A DNA stretch of 64,000 nucleotides from the NCBI GenBank assembly GCA_964645485.1, contig CAZXZO010000002.1, positions 25,108 to 89,107 on the forward strand, written 5' to 3'. Source of the stretch: an uncultured Candidatus Poseidoniales archaeon. Lineage in GTDB: Archaea; Thermoplasmatota; Poseidoniia; Poseidoniales; Thalassarchaeaceae. Shown in pieces: positions 1 to 10,332 of this stretch. The notes under the pieces are model-generated. The model saw only the letters and a program-made list of their open reading frames with translations. It made no database searches and was not told the origin of the DNA. The stretch's first letter is position 1; each line of letters starts with the position of its first letter. The position numbers and the translations under genes are program-made.

Positions 1-2
1 CT

Positions 3-590
3 GCAAAAGCAAAAGCAGAGGCAGAAGCCGCAGCAGCCGCCAAGAAAGCAGCAGCAGCCAAGAAAGCAGCAGCCACTCGTGCTAAGAAGAAAGCAGAGGC
101 GGAAGCCGCAGCAGTAGCGGCCAAGAAAGCAGCAACTGCCAAGAAGGCGGCAGCAACTCGTGCTAAGAAGAAAGCAGAAGCCGAAGCCGCCGAAAAAGCA
201 GCCAAGCGAAAAGCCGCTGCCAAGAAGGCAGCAGCAACTCGAGCCAAGAAGAAAGCAGAAGCCGAAGCCGCAGCAGCAGCCAAGGCAGCCGCTGCAGAAG
301 CCGCCGCTGCTCTAGAAGCCAAGCGAAGGCCAGGATTAGTATTGGCTGTCGACCAGATTGATTCCAAAGTATCCAATAAGTTGCGCAACCGCGCAAAAAC
401 CTCTACAGCAGCATCTCACATCGCTGCTAAAGATGATGCTTCCAAGATTATGAAGAAGGGCGTAAAAGCCAGTAGAGGTGCAAAAAGCACTGCCGATAAG
501 AGAAAGAAGGCATTTCACAAGCGCTGGCTAGATGGTGCAAACGCACAAACTGTTGAAGAGTTCTCTTGGGTTAGAGAATTCACTTCTTGA
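3..590 (+). CDS. Ala/Lys-rich repeat protein, 5'-truncated by the window edge (histone H1/TolA-like composition, function unknown)
   Basis: Frame open from position 3 to the stop at 588-590; reads AKAKAEAEAAAAAKKAAA with about 3 copies of AAKKAAATRAKKKAEAEAA, then a basic C-terminal domain (listed ORF 342..590 is its tail). Confidence 0.75.
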   Translation, partial: AKAKAEAEAAAAAKKAAAAKKAAATRAKKKAEAEAAAVAAKKAATAKKAAATRAKKKAEAEAAEKAAKRKAAAKKAAATRAKKKAEAEAAAAAKAAAAEAAAALEAKRRPGLVLAVDQIDSKVSNKLRNRAKTSTAASHIAAKDDASKIMKKGVKASRGAKSTADKRKKAFHKRWLDGANAQTVEEFSWVREFTS

Positions 591-600
591 TAACTACAAA

Positions 601-1647
601 TCACTCAATGTCGCCAAATAGGTCGACTTCTTGTGCTCTACGATAGACTTCTCTTAGAGTTTGGTCAGTGATATCTAGGTAAACTCGTGTACTACTGATG
701 TCAGCGTGACCTAGTAATCTCTGAATGCTTACAATGTCAGCCCCACGCTCAAGCAAGCCTGTTGCAAAATTATGACGCAATGTGTGAGGGGTTAATCGAC
801 TTCTCAATATTCCAGCATCATCAGCCAATGAATCCATCATTTTCTGAACATTTCTTTGAGTTAGGCGATGTCCGCGACTGTTGAGGAATAGTGCTTTTTC
901 ATCTTTTGTGAACGTCGAAGACCTGTGTCGTAACCATTTTTCGAGAATTTCCTTGCTCCTTTTGGTGAACAGCACCCGACGGTCTTTGTCACCCTTCCCT
1001 GACCACACATTTGCTGACATATCTTGATAATCAATATCTATGCAATCAAGCCCACATAGTTCACCCACTCGTAGCCCAGTCTCAAGGAGCACAACTACAA
1101 TCACTTCGGCGAGAGGATTTTCTGATTGGCGGCAAACTTGGATTAATTTGCCAAGTTCTTGATGTGTTAATGTTCTAGGTAATCTTTTACTTCTCTGTGG
1201 CCTAATAACCCAGTCAGGTACTGTGTGACCTAGCCACTTGAGTAGGTGAGAGATGGCCGCTAATCTAGCGTTTATGGTCGATGGTTTGAGATGTGAAATC
1301 GATTGAATCCAGAGATCCAACCTCCCATTGTTTGGGTCAATATGACCAACACCCTCAATCATTGACATACTCTCAACCTCATCAGGACTGAGTTGACCTT
1401 GATTTGGAATCGAAGTTGAGAGAAACTTTCTTGCTGCAATGAAGTAGGAACGAGAAGTATGTTCACTTTTCTTTTCTGCTTTCAATTGTTGTTCATAACA
1501 GGACAATAACGGCATATCTTTCAGACGAGTAAGACGAGTTGGAAGAGTGAAACCATGACCGACTATATCATCGCTGAAACGCTCAAGATATTGACGCGTT
1601 CCTGCATCCGCCCATGGTTGCCCATTTTCCTCTTCTTTTTGTGACAT
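601..1647 (-). CDS. xerA: XerA-type tyrosine recombinase
   Basis: Catalytic motifs ETGLRVGEL, GKGDKDR, HTLRHNFAT, LLGHADISSTRVY; 348 aa; no mobile-element genes nearby. Confidence 0.9.
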   Translation of the reverse strand: MSQKEEENGQPWADAGTRQYLERFSDDIVGHGFTLPTRLTRLKDMPLLSCYEQQLKAEKKSEHTSRSYFIAARKFLSTSIPNQGQLSPDEVESMSMIEGVGHIDPNNGRLDLWIQSISHLKPSTINARLAAISHLLKWLGHTVPDWVIRPQRSKRLPRTLTHQELGKLIQVCRQSENPLAEVIVVVLLETGLRVGELCGLDCIDIDYQDMSANVWSGKGDKDRRVLFTKRSKEILEKWLRHRSSTFTKDEKALFLNSRGHRLTQRNVQKMMDSLADDAGILRSRLTPHTLRHNFATGLLERGADIVSIQRLLGHADISSTRVYLDITDQTLREVYRRAQEVDLFGDIE

Positions 1648-1796
1648 TGTTACCTCTCTTCATCGTCAGTGCCACCGAGGTGACACCCATTCCCATCCCC
1701 TTACAGGGAAGAGAGGTTGATTCACTCACGATTATCAATGCTTCGCGGGTTGAGTGGTATTATCCGTCCAACGTGCATTGAATCGAGAATAGCCAC

Positions 1797-3002
1797 TTAG
1801 TAGGAATCTTCGCTAAACTCAATTGTTGAAGGGTTGACATTATTGTTGTCGACAGAATGTGAAACCCATTGTGCTAATTGTTGGTGAATCTTGTCAATTT
1901 CACCATAACAAATAATCTCGTCACCTCGCCGCAAGAGGAATGTTCGTCTTGGCTTCCAGATATGCATTCCCTCGCGAGCAACAGCGAATACAAATTGTTC
2001 ATTAACATCCGTAAAAACGTCACCAATTTGTTTTCCACTGAGAATTGGATGCCGACTGATGTTTACACTAACAACACCGTGACCGGGTCGACTACGCAAA
2101 AGTTGGTCTAAACCAACATTACTGAAACCTTGATGCTTGATGCAATGTTCAATGATTGCACCCGCCACATTGATGCCAGTGGCTCCTTCAATTCCTTCTA
2201 ATCCAGGACTTGAATTAACTTCCAAAACCAATGGGCCACGCTCACTTTCCAGTAAATCAACGCCAGCAACATCAAGATTCAACAAGCGAGCAGCACGTCG
2301 CGCAACGTCTGCATATTCATCTGGCAAATCTATTTTTTCAACAGTTCCGTTGAGATGAAAATTTGATCTAAACTCACGACCTCGAGCGCGTCTTCGCATG
2401 GCAGCAATGACTTTTCCTCCCACGACAATAACTCGGACATCTCGCCCGTGACTTTCTTCGATGTACTCTTGCACAAGGACATGGTGTCCCTCTGAGAGAA
2501 GTTTGTATGTCAGTTCTCTAGCCCGGTCTTCACTATGCACTAGGAAAACTCCACTACCTTGGGTGCCCTCACTAACCTTCACTACTACTGGCATTCCACC
2601 TACCTTAGACAGTGCTCCTTCAACATCCTGCCATGTTCTAATATGACAGGTGGTGGGTACAGGAATGCGATTTTTTGTGAGTAGTTGAGTTGCATGTAAT
2701 TTGTCTCTACTATGGCTAATTCCCTCACTACTATTCGCTACATAGACACCCAATCTCTCAAATTGTCTGATTAATGCAACCCCATGATGCGTAATTGAAT
2801 ATCCAATTCTTGGAATTACAGCATCGACTTCGACAGGCCAGCCAGCATTTAGAATCCTTGGCGTTTCATTCCCAACAGTGATGCTGAGACGCATTGGGTC
2901 AAGGATTTCAACATAGCAATCCTGCTTTTCGGCTTCTTCAAGAAGGCGCCGAGTACTGTACAGTCTCGGGCCGCGGGATAAAATGGCCAACCGGACAGTC
3001 AT
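1797..3002 (-). CDS. rimK: RimK-family ATP-grasp ligase with C-terminal TrkA-C (RCK_C)-like domain
   Basis: YSTRRL, DAVIPRIG, SRDKL, GTQGSGV, VQEYIEES, FRSNFH, EVNSSPGLEGIE; extra ~100 aa with GKQIGDV..VFAVAREG..LRRGDEIICYG. Confidence 0.85.
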   Translation of the reverse strand: MTVRLAILSRGPRLYSTRRLLEEAEKQDCYVEILDPMRLSITVGNETPRILNAGWPVEVDAVIPRIGYSITHHGVALIRQFERLGVYVANSSEGISHSRDKLHATQLLTKNRIPVPTTCHIRTWQDVEGALSKVGGMPVVVKVSEGTQGSGVFLVHSEDRARELTYKLLSEGHHVLVQEYIEESHGRDVRVIVVGGKVIAAMRRRARGREFRSNFHLNGTVEKIDLPDEYADVARRAARLLNLDVAGVDLLESERGPLVLEVNSSPGLEGIEGATGINVAGAIIEHCIKHQGFSNVGLDQLLRSRPGHGVVSVNISRHPILSGKQIGDVFTDVNEQFVFAVAREGMHIWKPRRTFLLRRGDEIICYGEIDKIHQQLAQWVSHSVDNNNVNPSTIEFSEDSY

Positions 3003-3158
3003 GGTATTCCCGGGTTACCTCACCATTTTTGAGTCCTGTGGGTCTTCATTTTCACGCATTTTCATTTTTTTTAGATGCTGAAGTTGTATTTTCCACTCGA
3101 TATCTAACAATTTCAATGAGGCCTATCCTTTCATAATCAGGGAGGCAGTGCCGCCTTC

Positions 3159-4412
3159 ATGCAAGCAGGTCCATCCGGTCCTCCGAGTGCCGGACCAACA
3201 GGTCCACCAAGCGTCGGCCCATCCGGGCCGCCCAGTTCAAAACCATCTGGTCCACCTAGTTCTAGACCCAAGGGTCCGCCAAGACGGTCTGTGTCTTCTT
3301 CTCTCTCATCTAGCGAAGAGATGGACGAAGGGGCTTTTGAGAAATTGGCTGAACAAAATGTCGTCCGACAAGCCGAGATTGACCGCCGAGAAAAGGTGGG
3401 AGGCTTAAGGAAAATTAAGAATGATAAGCGAAACAATGTAATCTTGTTATTGTTGTTAGTTGCAGTATTTGGTGGTATTGCGTTGTGGCCTTTCAGTCAA
3501 GGTGACGTTTCTAACAACCCCCATGAATTTAGTCAAGAGGTCGATATTCTAAATCGTAATGACCCCTCTCATCCAGCCGCTTGGGAAGAACAAGATATTG
3601 AGTTGATGAGTAATAAAATATGGGACGGAAACGATGAGTTTTCAGGCTCGTTCCAGCACGATTTGAATCTCCCAGGAATTCCAATTGAACTTAGTGGAAT
3701 TACTACAATACCAGTTGATGTAAAGTTGGTAAGTTATCGTGTTGATGGCGCAAATACTGGTTTCAGGATCGCTCTTTTCCCAACAACTTGTGACACCATG
3801 CAAGGACAAACCATTGAGTCTCTTCCAGATCAATACAAGTATGGTTCTATAACACCGATGATTATAGGTATGGAAGTTTCAGTTTCTTTTGAAGTTCCAG
3901 CGGGTAAATATTGCCTAGTCTTTGAATACGAAACTCCTCCAGAGGTTCAGGGATTCAGAGCAACAATTGATGCTGAAGTAACACCTCATTGGAATCAACC
4001 TATATGCGCGCCATTGGCCGCCATTTCTTTCATTCTAGCAATATTCGCAGGAGTTGGTGCCCACAAGGCAGGCAAGGCTTGGAAGAAAGTCGCCCAACCC
4101 GATTCACCTGACAAGAAGAGCACCGAAGAAGAAGTACTTGACCAGGCAGAGGAAGAGCGAGGAGCGATGTCTGAACTTGGAGAACCCGGTGAGGGTGGGG
4201 ATGATGATGCCAAACTAAGTGGCCACGCTGACTCAACACCACAAGTTGAGGAACCTGTTCCAACCTCTGAACCTCAAGTTACACAGGAAGCAGTATCAGA
4301 AGTTGGGGAACCAGCACCTGCTCAACCAGTTTACACTGATGAGGAATTACGCGCTTTAGGATGGACTGACCAACAGATTGAGTGGCAGCGTCAAGCAGAG
4401 CAAATGCAGTAA
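3159..4412 (+). CDS. Hypothetical two-TM membrane protein with GPPS-repeat N-terminus and acidic C-tail
   Basis: 417-aa ORF; hydrophobic segments VILLLLLVAVFGGIALW and PLAAISFILAIFAGVG. Confidence 0.7.
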   Translation: MQAGPSGPPSAGPTGPPSVGPSGPPSSKPSGPPSSRPKGPPRRSVSSSLSSSEEMDEGAFEKLAEQNVVRQAEIDRREKVGGLRKIKNDKRNNVILLLLLVAVFGGIALWPFSQGDVSNNPHEFSQEVDILNRNDPSHPAAWEEQDIELMSNKIWDGNDEFSGSFQHDLNLPGIPIELSGITTIPVDVKLVSYRVDGANTGFRIALFPTTCDTMQGQTIESLPDQYKYGSITPMIIGMEVSVSFEVPAGKYCLVFEYETPPEVQGFRATIDAEVTPHWNQPICAPLAAISFILAIFAGVGAHKAGKAWKKVAQPDSPDKKSTEEEVLDQAEEERGAMSELGEPGEGGDDDAKLSGHADSTPQVEEPVPTSEPQVTQEAVSEVGEPAPAQPVYTDEELRALGWTDQQIEWQRQAEQMQ

Positions 4413-4565
4413 CCATAATCTTCGTTTTGAGATTTTTAACCCGTGCGTAGCACGGATTTTAGCATTCCCAAAGAAATTTTTGTCAATGTAAAATCGTATG
4501 TGCACCCTGCTAAATACCGAAGGGGTTGAAAGCCCTAAGTGGCCCCAATGTGATTGGGTCACAGA

Positions 4566-6725
4566 ATGGTCGACGATTCTAATCCAACTGCAGCGCAACT
4601 AGTTGCGCTCAAAGTTGCAGATCTGAAATCAATGTGCAAAGATGCTGGATTGAAGGTTTCTGGACGTAAAGAGGAGTTAATTGACCGACTCTTGGAATCT
4701 TATGCATCGGATGATGAAGAAGAAATCTTGCTACTTGAGGAAGATGGAACTGAACCTAGTTACCAACCAACCGAAGAAGAAGAGGTTAGTCAAAAAACAG
4801 CCGAAGAGGTCGCTGAAATTGAGGAAGAAGTTGTTGAGGCTGATGTCTATGTTGCAGAACTAGAAGATGAACCTGATGACGACCTTTTCATCGCAGAAGA
4901 AGAAGATGAAATTTTTGAAGCCGAACTGTTTGAGGCAGAATTAATTGAGGAAGAACAGTATGAACCCGCTCCTCTACCTTCTAGCCGTCCAAACCGTCTC
5001 GCAGGGGGTTCCTTCATTGGGACTCTAACTAGTAAATCCACGATTGCAACCCTGTTAGTAATTCTAGTTATTGCAGGTGGTGGATATTGGTGGTGGACCA
5101 ATAATCTAGACCCATTTATTGCCGAGCCAATTGAGTATGGTGATGAGATGAACTTTGCAATCTCTAGTGGGTCATTTGATGTTGAAGGTGAAGAAATGGT
5201 GCGCGAATTAGACAACCGTCTCAATGGTGCCCTATCTGATGTGTGTGAGGAATTCAAAGTCGATTTCACGGGTACAGGGAATATAGCGGTAGCCAAAGGT
5301 GGGAAATCTGAATTGCTAAATCCGTCCGATTCAAACTTAGTTGGAGTTGTGCAAGCAAGAGATGCATATGGCTTAACTTTCTTAGCAGTTGAACAGGAGT
5401 TGAATCATCAACTTTCAGCCACCGTATCTTCAAAAACATGGCTTGGAGATCAGACAGACAACATGTGTTCTGTGCCTGTCGGGCCGATTTCAGGATATTC
5501 ATTTGCCCAGAATTCAAAGTCTTGGACAGAGTTAACCAGCAAGGCTTTGTTGAGTACTCATAGTTCAGTAACTCTTGACAATCAAGGTGAACTAACTTCG
5601 GTAGAAGCACTTTCCTATGGGGTGCCTGATGATACTCTGTCTGACTTGATGCCAGAACTTCTCCTACCACTGAAACCAGTAGAACTTACACCAATATTTG
5701 GCAACTCTCTACTTGAAGAAGGACAGACCGGAACTAGTGGCAACTGGCGCTGGGAGGTTGGAAGTGTAATCTCGGTTGGCAATGAAATGGGCCTTCAAGT
5801 CAACATGGCACACACAGAAGTTGAGGGGTGTGTAGGGCGAGCAAATATGGTTCTGTACATTGTCCCTTCTTCTCCTTGGGCGGTGCAACAGCAAGTTGAC
5901 ATACGTCTTGAGAAGAGCCGTTATGATTCACCAGATTGTGGGGTTTTGACCGAATACCTACTTGATAGGGCACTTCCAGAAGGTTCAGTTAGTTTGCAGT
6001 ATACGCTTGTGCGAACAAGTGATTCCAGCGGTGAAGGGATGATTGATTGGCAATCATCCTATGGTAACCGGCCAGGAGATAATTCTGGAGCACTTTCAGG
6101 AAATGAGAACTGGGGTAGCGGTGGGCTCCACATGCCAGACCGCAGTGACGATAGGTCATGGCCGCTTGAACAGGCGATAGCCTGTATCATCAATCAGACA
6201 ATACAGGCTGAAGAGGCATCAGCAGCTTTGGCTTCTGGAGGATATGTCTTCCGCGCAACTGATGATAGAAGTCATGGTTTAACCGAATGGAATGTTAGTT
6301 GGGTTGACGATAACGATGCTGGATGGGTTCGGGTTGAAGAGCGAACTGATAATTGTTCAGTTCTTGACAAGGCTTCAATTGGTGGTGAAGATAAACCTGC
6401 ACATCGCCGAGAAAGTATCCCCACTACTGCCAGCCTCCAACAAGTTGAACAGAGAATAATTGACCCAAATCGTTACCCAATTCTTGCAAACGATATCGCC
6501 CAAAGTGGGGTAATATCTGATGACACATCAATCGGATATCTGCTAACAGTTCCACCAGAAGCAAGTGACCTTCTTGACCTAATTGATGGGTTACAAGAGG
6601 GGTCTGTCATGGTATTTGGACAGCGAGAATGGACTGAAAGTGGGATGGACCACACACTTTCATACGCGATTGATGGGGAGACCGGCAGGTTGGCAGGGTG
6701 GGTCAAAACCTCCACTAACTCCTAG
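4566..6725 (+). CDS. SAP-domain membrane-anchored protein with large extracellular region
   Basis: LKVADLKSMCKDAGLKVSGRKEELIDRL matches the SAP motif; acidic linker; single TM (TIATLLVILVIAGGGYWWW); ATG at 4566 chosen. Confidence 0.75.
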   Translation: MVDDSNPTAAQLVALKVADLKSMCKDAGLKVSGRKEELIDRLLESYASDDEEEILLLEEDGTEPSYQPTEEEEVSQKTAEEVAEIEEEVVEADVYVAELEDEPDDDLFIAEEEDEIFEAELFEAELIEEEQYEPAPLPSSRPNRLAGGSFIGTLTSKSTIATLLVILVIAGGGYWWWTNNLDPFIAEPIEYGDEMNFAISSGSFDVEGEEMVRELDNRLNGALSDVCEEFKVDFTGTGNIAVAKGGKSELLNPSDSNLVGVVQARDAYGLTFLAVEQELNHQLSATVSSKTWLGDQTDNMCSVPVGPISGYSFAQNSKSWTELTSKALLSTHSSVTLDNQGELTSVEALSYGVPDDTLSDLMPELLLPLKPVELTPIFGNSLLEEGQTGTSGNWRWEVGSVISVGNEMGLQVNMAHTEVEGCVGRANMVLYIVPSSPWAVQQQVDIRLEKSRYDSPDCGVLTEYLLDRALPEGSVSLQYTLVRTSDSSGEGMIDWQSSYGNRPGDNSGALSGNENWGSGGLHMPDRSDDRSWPLEQAIACIINQTIQAEEASAALASGGYVFRATDDRSHGLTEWNVSWVDDNDAGWVRVEERTDNCSVLDKASIGGEDKPAHRRESIPTTASLQQVEQRIIDPNRYPILANDIAQSGVISDDTSIGYLLTVPPEASDLLDLIDGLQEGSVMVFGQREWTESGMDHTLSYAIDGETGRLAGWVKTSTNS

Positions 6726-6802
6726 AATCCACAGACAAGCCCAATTCCTGGTAATAACTAGGAACACCGATTATTGAAAGAGAATTTTGATTCATTCACC
6801 TG

Positions 6803-8671
6803 TCATTTATCCGGTTTATAGAAATAAGAAAGGGTCAGAACCACGGAGATAAATAGAAGAGTCAATCCGATAAAAATGTAGTTCATACCATGGGTTGTTG
6901 GCGTTTTTTCGTTGTTGAGTTCAGATGAGTTATTGGAATTATTCAAGTCACCTAAATCACCATCATTATCTGTTGATTCATCATTTGTTGTTTCTTCATC
7001 TAGTTCCTCCTCAATTTCCTCTTCAGGCTCTTCAACTTCAATAATTTCTGGAATAATTTCAATCAATTGACTTGTGTAAACCAATGTCTTATCGGTTCTA
7101 GAGCCTTTTTCGCTCATATTAGTAAGGTGCCATGATGAAGTGATCACATCGTTTTCTTCTTTGTGAATAGAATTCAAAGAGATATAATCAGCGCGGATGG
7201 AATCATCAATCCATTCGATTGTTCCGTTTTTGTTAATTTTCATTAGGTACCCTGAGGCACGAGAATCGTTACTGGTTAGAAAAACCTCATCAGAAATAGA
7301 AATGTTGCAAGTAATATCGGGACAAAAATGTCCGCCCAAAAGAACAGCGCCATCACTTAGGATTAATGCGCCTCCAACGGTTAAATTACTAGGCAGAGAA
7401 AAATTCATCATTATGTATGAATTGTTTTCATCATCATTCACCGTTAGATAGTATTCAGTTATTGTTGGGTCATCTGAACCTAACACACCCAAAGTATCGT
7501 TGAGTTGAAAGCCATTTATTTTTAACAAAGATGTTCTAGATTTATTTTCAAGCGATTTGCTATCGATATAGGTAATCCAACTATCTTCATTATTACTTCG
7601 CTGAGAATTCATATGTTTTCCATTAGTCATATTTCTATTGATTAAAAAAAGATGAAATTCAGGATCATTCATGTGAAGTTGACCAGGAGGGTCATCTTCT
7701 TGATGTTCCCTATGACACCTTTGAAAACTCTGGTCAAGTATGGAAAAATTACCGGGCTCAATATTTCCTCTGGGTGAGTTATCAGAATATACAGAAGCTA
7801 GAACTGATACCAAAATGTTTCCTTGGTCATCAATAATCATGTTTCTGAAATTATCAGTACAGGGACTTGAAATAGCAATTTGTTTTCGCAGAATGCCATC
7901 AGTTTTGTTTAATTCAAAAATCAAAATATCAGCGTAACCTCCTCCATGTTTGAATAATCCTCCAGTTAAATTTAGAATCATCTTTCCCTCTCCATATAAT
8001 GATGAAGAATCACTCTTCATATAAAGGGAATCAATGATTAAACCAATAATAATTGGATTTCCTTCGGGTGATAAACCTAGTTTACTAATTGTAAAGGAAG
8101 TATATTCCGGAATATTTAAGAAATTGAGATCTATTAATTTAAACCAGTTCAATCCACCATGAGACGCATTGATAGATATAACTATAGATTTTTTATATGA
8201 ACCGTCTGTATCCGTTTTGAAAGCTTCTTCATTTATGAAAAGTGTAAAGTCAGAATCACAGCCTATAGAGAGAATGCTGATTAGAATATCACCCTCTTCG
8301 TTGATGCCAAAATTTAGGGGAGAGAGAATAGACCTTAAACCTGAATTGCTTATTTGCAATACTGCACAAGTCATGTGTGTACGCCATACTTCATTATCGT
8401 CTGAATCTAGAGCGGAAATTCCTGTTACATGTTTATGTTCTAACTGGCCATCAAATTCGTGCCAAAGAATATACTTAGTACCATTTGGCATCACGATAAC
8501 ACTTGAAATCTCAACTGATGAATTATTGTATTTCGGATAGTATGTTGAGTGTTCAATTTGATGATTTTTCCTTTCACTTTCATCAGAATTTTCTCCGACC
8601 ACAACCATATTCGTCAAAAGTAAAATTGTAACAATGAAAAGTACAAGAGGCCATGACTTTTCTATCTTCAT
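6803..8671 (-). CDS. Secreted/surface hypothetical protein, probable beta-propeller, C-terminal TM anchor
   Basis: Signal peptide MKIEKSWPLVLFIVTILLL; repeated x-D/N-x-x-G-N-I-(L/I) turns; acidic linker, TM, basic tail; visibly AT-rich DNA. Confidence 0.65.
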   Translation of the reverse strand: MKIEKSWPLVLFIVTILLLTNMVVVGENSDESERKNHQIEHSTYYPKYNNSSVEISSVIVMPNGTKYILWHEFDGQLEHKHVTGISALDSDDNEVWRTHMTCAVLQISNSGLRSILSPLNFGINEEGDILISILSIGCDSDFTLFINEEAFKTDTDGSYKKSIVISINASHGGLNWFKLIDLNFLNIPEYTSFTISKLGLSPEGNPIIIGLIIDSLYMKSDSSSLYGEGKMILNLTGGLFKHGGGYADILIFELNKTDGILRKQIAISSPCTDNFRNMIIDDQGNILVSVLASVYSDNSPRGNIEPGNFSILDQSFQRCHREHQEDDPPGQLHMNDPEFHLFLINRNMTNGKHMNSQRSNNEDSWITYIDSKSLENKSRTSLLKINGFQLNDTLGVLGSDDPTITEYYLTVNDDENNSYIMMNFSLPSNLTVGGALILSDGAVLLGGHFCPDITCNISISDEVFLTSNDSRASGYLMKINKNGTIEWIDDSIRADYISLNSIHKEENDVITSSWHLTNMSEKGSRTDKTLVYTSQLIEIIPEIIEVEEPEEEIEEELDEETTNDESTDNDGDLGDLNNSNNSSELNNEKTPTTHGMNYIFIGLTLLFISVVLTLSYFYKPDK

Positions 8672-8691
8672 TCAATCACCATGTTCCATCT

Positions 8692-10332
8692 TCAAACCAC
8701 GATTATCTTCCCGGATTGAGTTGTATTCCAATAATAGTGATATGATGCAGGTCCCGAACCAGTCCCGTTATTTGATCCGACTGCATTAGTTTCTATAATT
8801 TCATGGTCAAATGTAACGCTCAGATTAATTTGATAGATAGGCGCTCCTCGAGAAAATGAAGTGGATGAGATATTGTTGTATGAAAATAGAGGTTCTTTCC
8901 CTCCGCCAATTAATATATCAGAAATTACCCAATCGCAGCGAGAACGACTCTGAGAATTACTTGGAGGCAGATTATTGGTTGAATGTTCTGGCCCACCTTC
9001 TGCACAAGTATGGTTTGTCGTCGAATGTAATAAATGAACAAAACTGTTCCCATTCCAAATCGAGATGTTCAAAGCGACTGAAGCATTTAGGTGAAAATGA
9101 TGATTTGTAGGTTCTAATGTAAGACAATTATCATCTGAATCCTCATGTACTTGAATTAGAAAAATTAATTCACTTGAGTAATTATTTGTAAAATTACTAG
9201 TATCATTTGCTTTTCCAACAAGCAACCCGAAAGGCGTTGGTATATTTGAAGATCGATTACTAATTGATGTTGTAGCATTTGAGCATTTTGTTCCGTTTGA
9301 AATATTTTGGTTCGTTGTGTTGTGAATGTTAAATCCAGCTATCACTGTATAATTCCGGTCGTAACTATGGTAATTTGTAGGAGTCCCATTTAATGACACA
9401 TCATGAATTCCGTTTTGCACACTATCAAGGAACCAAAAATCATTGAAAATCGCATGTGTTCCTCCAAGTGTAGGTTCATGAGCGATTCCTCCATAAACCA
9501 TTCGTGCCCATCTACCAAGACTAATTGTGTTGTAAGAGGATGCATTTGTATCAAGCAGTGGGAAGGGATTTACGACTAACCATGGCGCTATACTGTTATC
9601 TCCCATTGTGTCATTTATAGGATGATAAAATCCAGAATTGAGGTCTTCAATACTACCATTCCCCAACGCTCCGAATGCTTCAAATCCCATTTCTGAATGT
9701 TGAAAAATACCCAAATTATCTGATGTAAAGTCATCCCCAAAAGCTTGCCGCATTCTAATTCCATTATACGTGGAATTGCTACTCAAATCAGCATAAATTG
9801 GGTAAAGGCATTGAGTACCCCAATTCGATTGGAAATACAAACCAGCCGGTGAAGATGAAAAATCCCATCCAGCAACCTCAAAAATGCCCGAACAGTTTGC
9901 GTTTGTACGAAAAGCATGAGTGCCAGATACTATTGATGAGCAAGTTGAGAGATTCTTTAGTGAGGTAGAAGTGTTATATGCAGGGCAAACAAGATAGGCT
10001 CCAGTTTTAGACCCATGGAATGTTAAGAAAATGGTTCCATTTCCATTTTCTTCACCGGATTCAAAAACAATATTTCCTGTATCTAGGTTGATTATCCCGT
10101 ACTTTGACAGATCATCAACATAAAGATCTAATGAACATGAACTGATAATACCGGAATAACTTCCAGTGTCATTGTCATAATCGTAGTTGTATCTCACGTC
10201 AGATTCTGATTCACAATTGGTGCTGCCTAAAGCACTAGCCTGAGCAGATCCAGTTTCAATCAATATATTGTTAATTGGAAAAAAAAATAATGATAATAAA
10301 ATACAGAGGCTTGTCCTTAACACCGCCTGCAT
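8692..10332 (-). CDS. Secreted Asn/Ser/Thr-rich hypothetical protein
   Basis: 546-aa ORF, signal-peptide-like N-terminus, many N-x-S/T sequons; AT-rich. Confidence 0.65.
   Translation of the reverse strand: MQAVLRTSLCILLSLFFFPINNILIETGSAQASALGSTNCESESDVRYNYDYDNDTGSYSGIISSCSLDLYVDDLSKYGIINLDTGNIVFESGEENGNGTIFLTFHGSKTGAYLVCPAYNTSTSLKNLSTCSSIVSGTHAFRTNANCSGIFEVAGWDFSSSPAGLYFQSNWGTQCLYPIYADLSSNSTYNGIRMRQAFGDDFTSDNLGIFQHSEMGFEAFGALGNGSIEDLNSGFYHPINDTMGDNSIAPWLVVNPFPLLDTNASSYNTISLGRWARMVYGGIAHEPTLGGTHAIFNDFWFLDSVQNGIHDVSLNGTPTNYHSYDRNYTVIAGFNIHNTTNQNISNGTKCSNATTSISNRSSNIPTPFGLLVGKANDTSNFTNNYSSELIFLIQVHEDSDDNCLTLEPTNHHFHLNASVALNISIWNGNSFVHLLHSTTNHTCAEGGPEHSTNNLPPSNSQSRSRCDWVISDILIGGGKEPLFSYNNISSTSFSRGAPIYQINLSVTFDHEIIETNAVGSNNGTGSGPASYHYYWNTTQSGKIIVV

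Noticed and set aside
601-1647. Tyrosine recombinase as a provirus integrase
   Set aside because: XerA-like size and motifs, housekeeping neighbours, no adjacent att/tRNA or viral genes.
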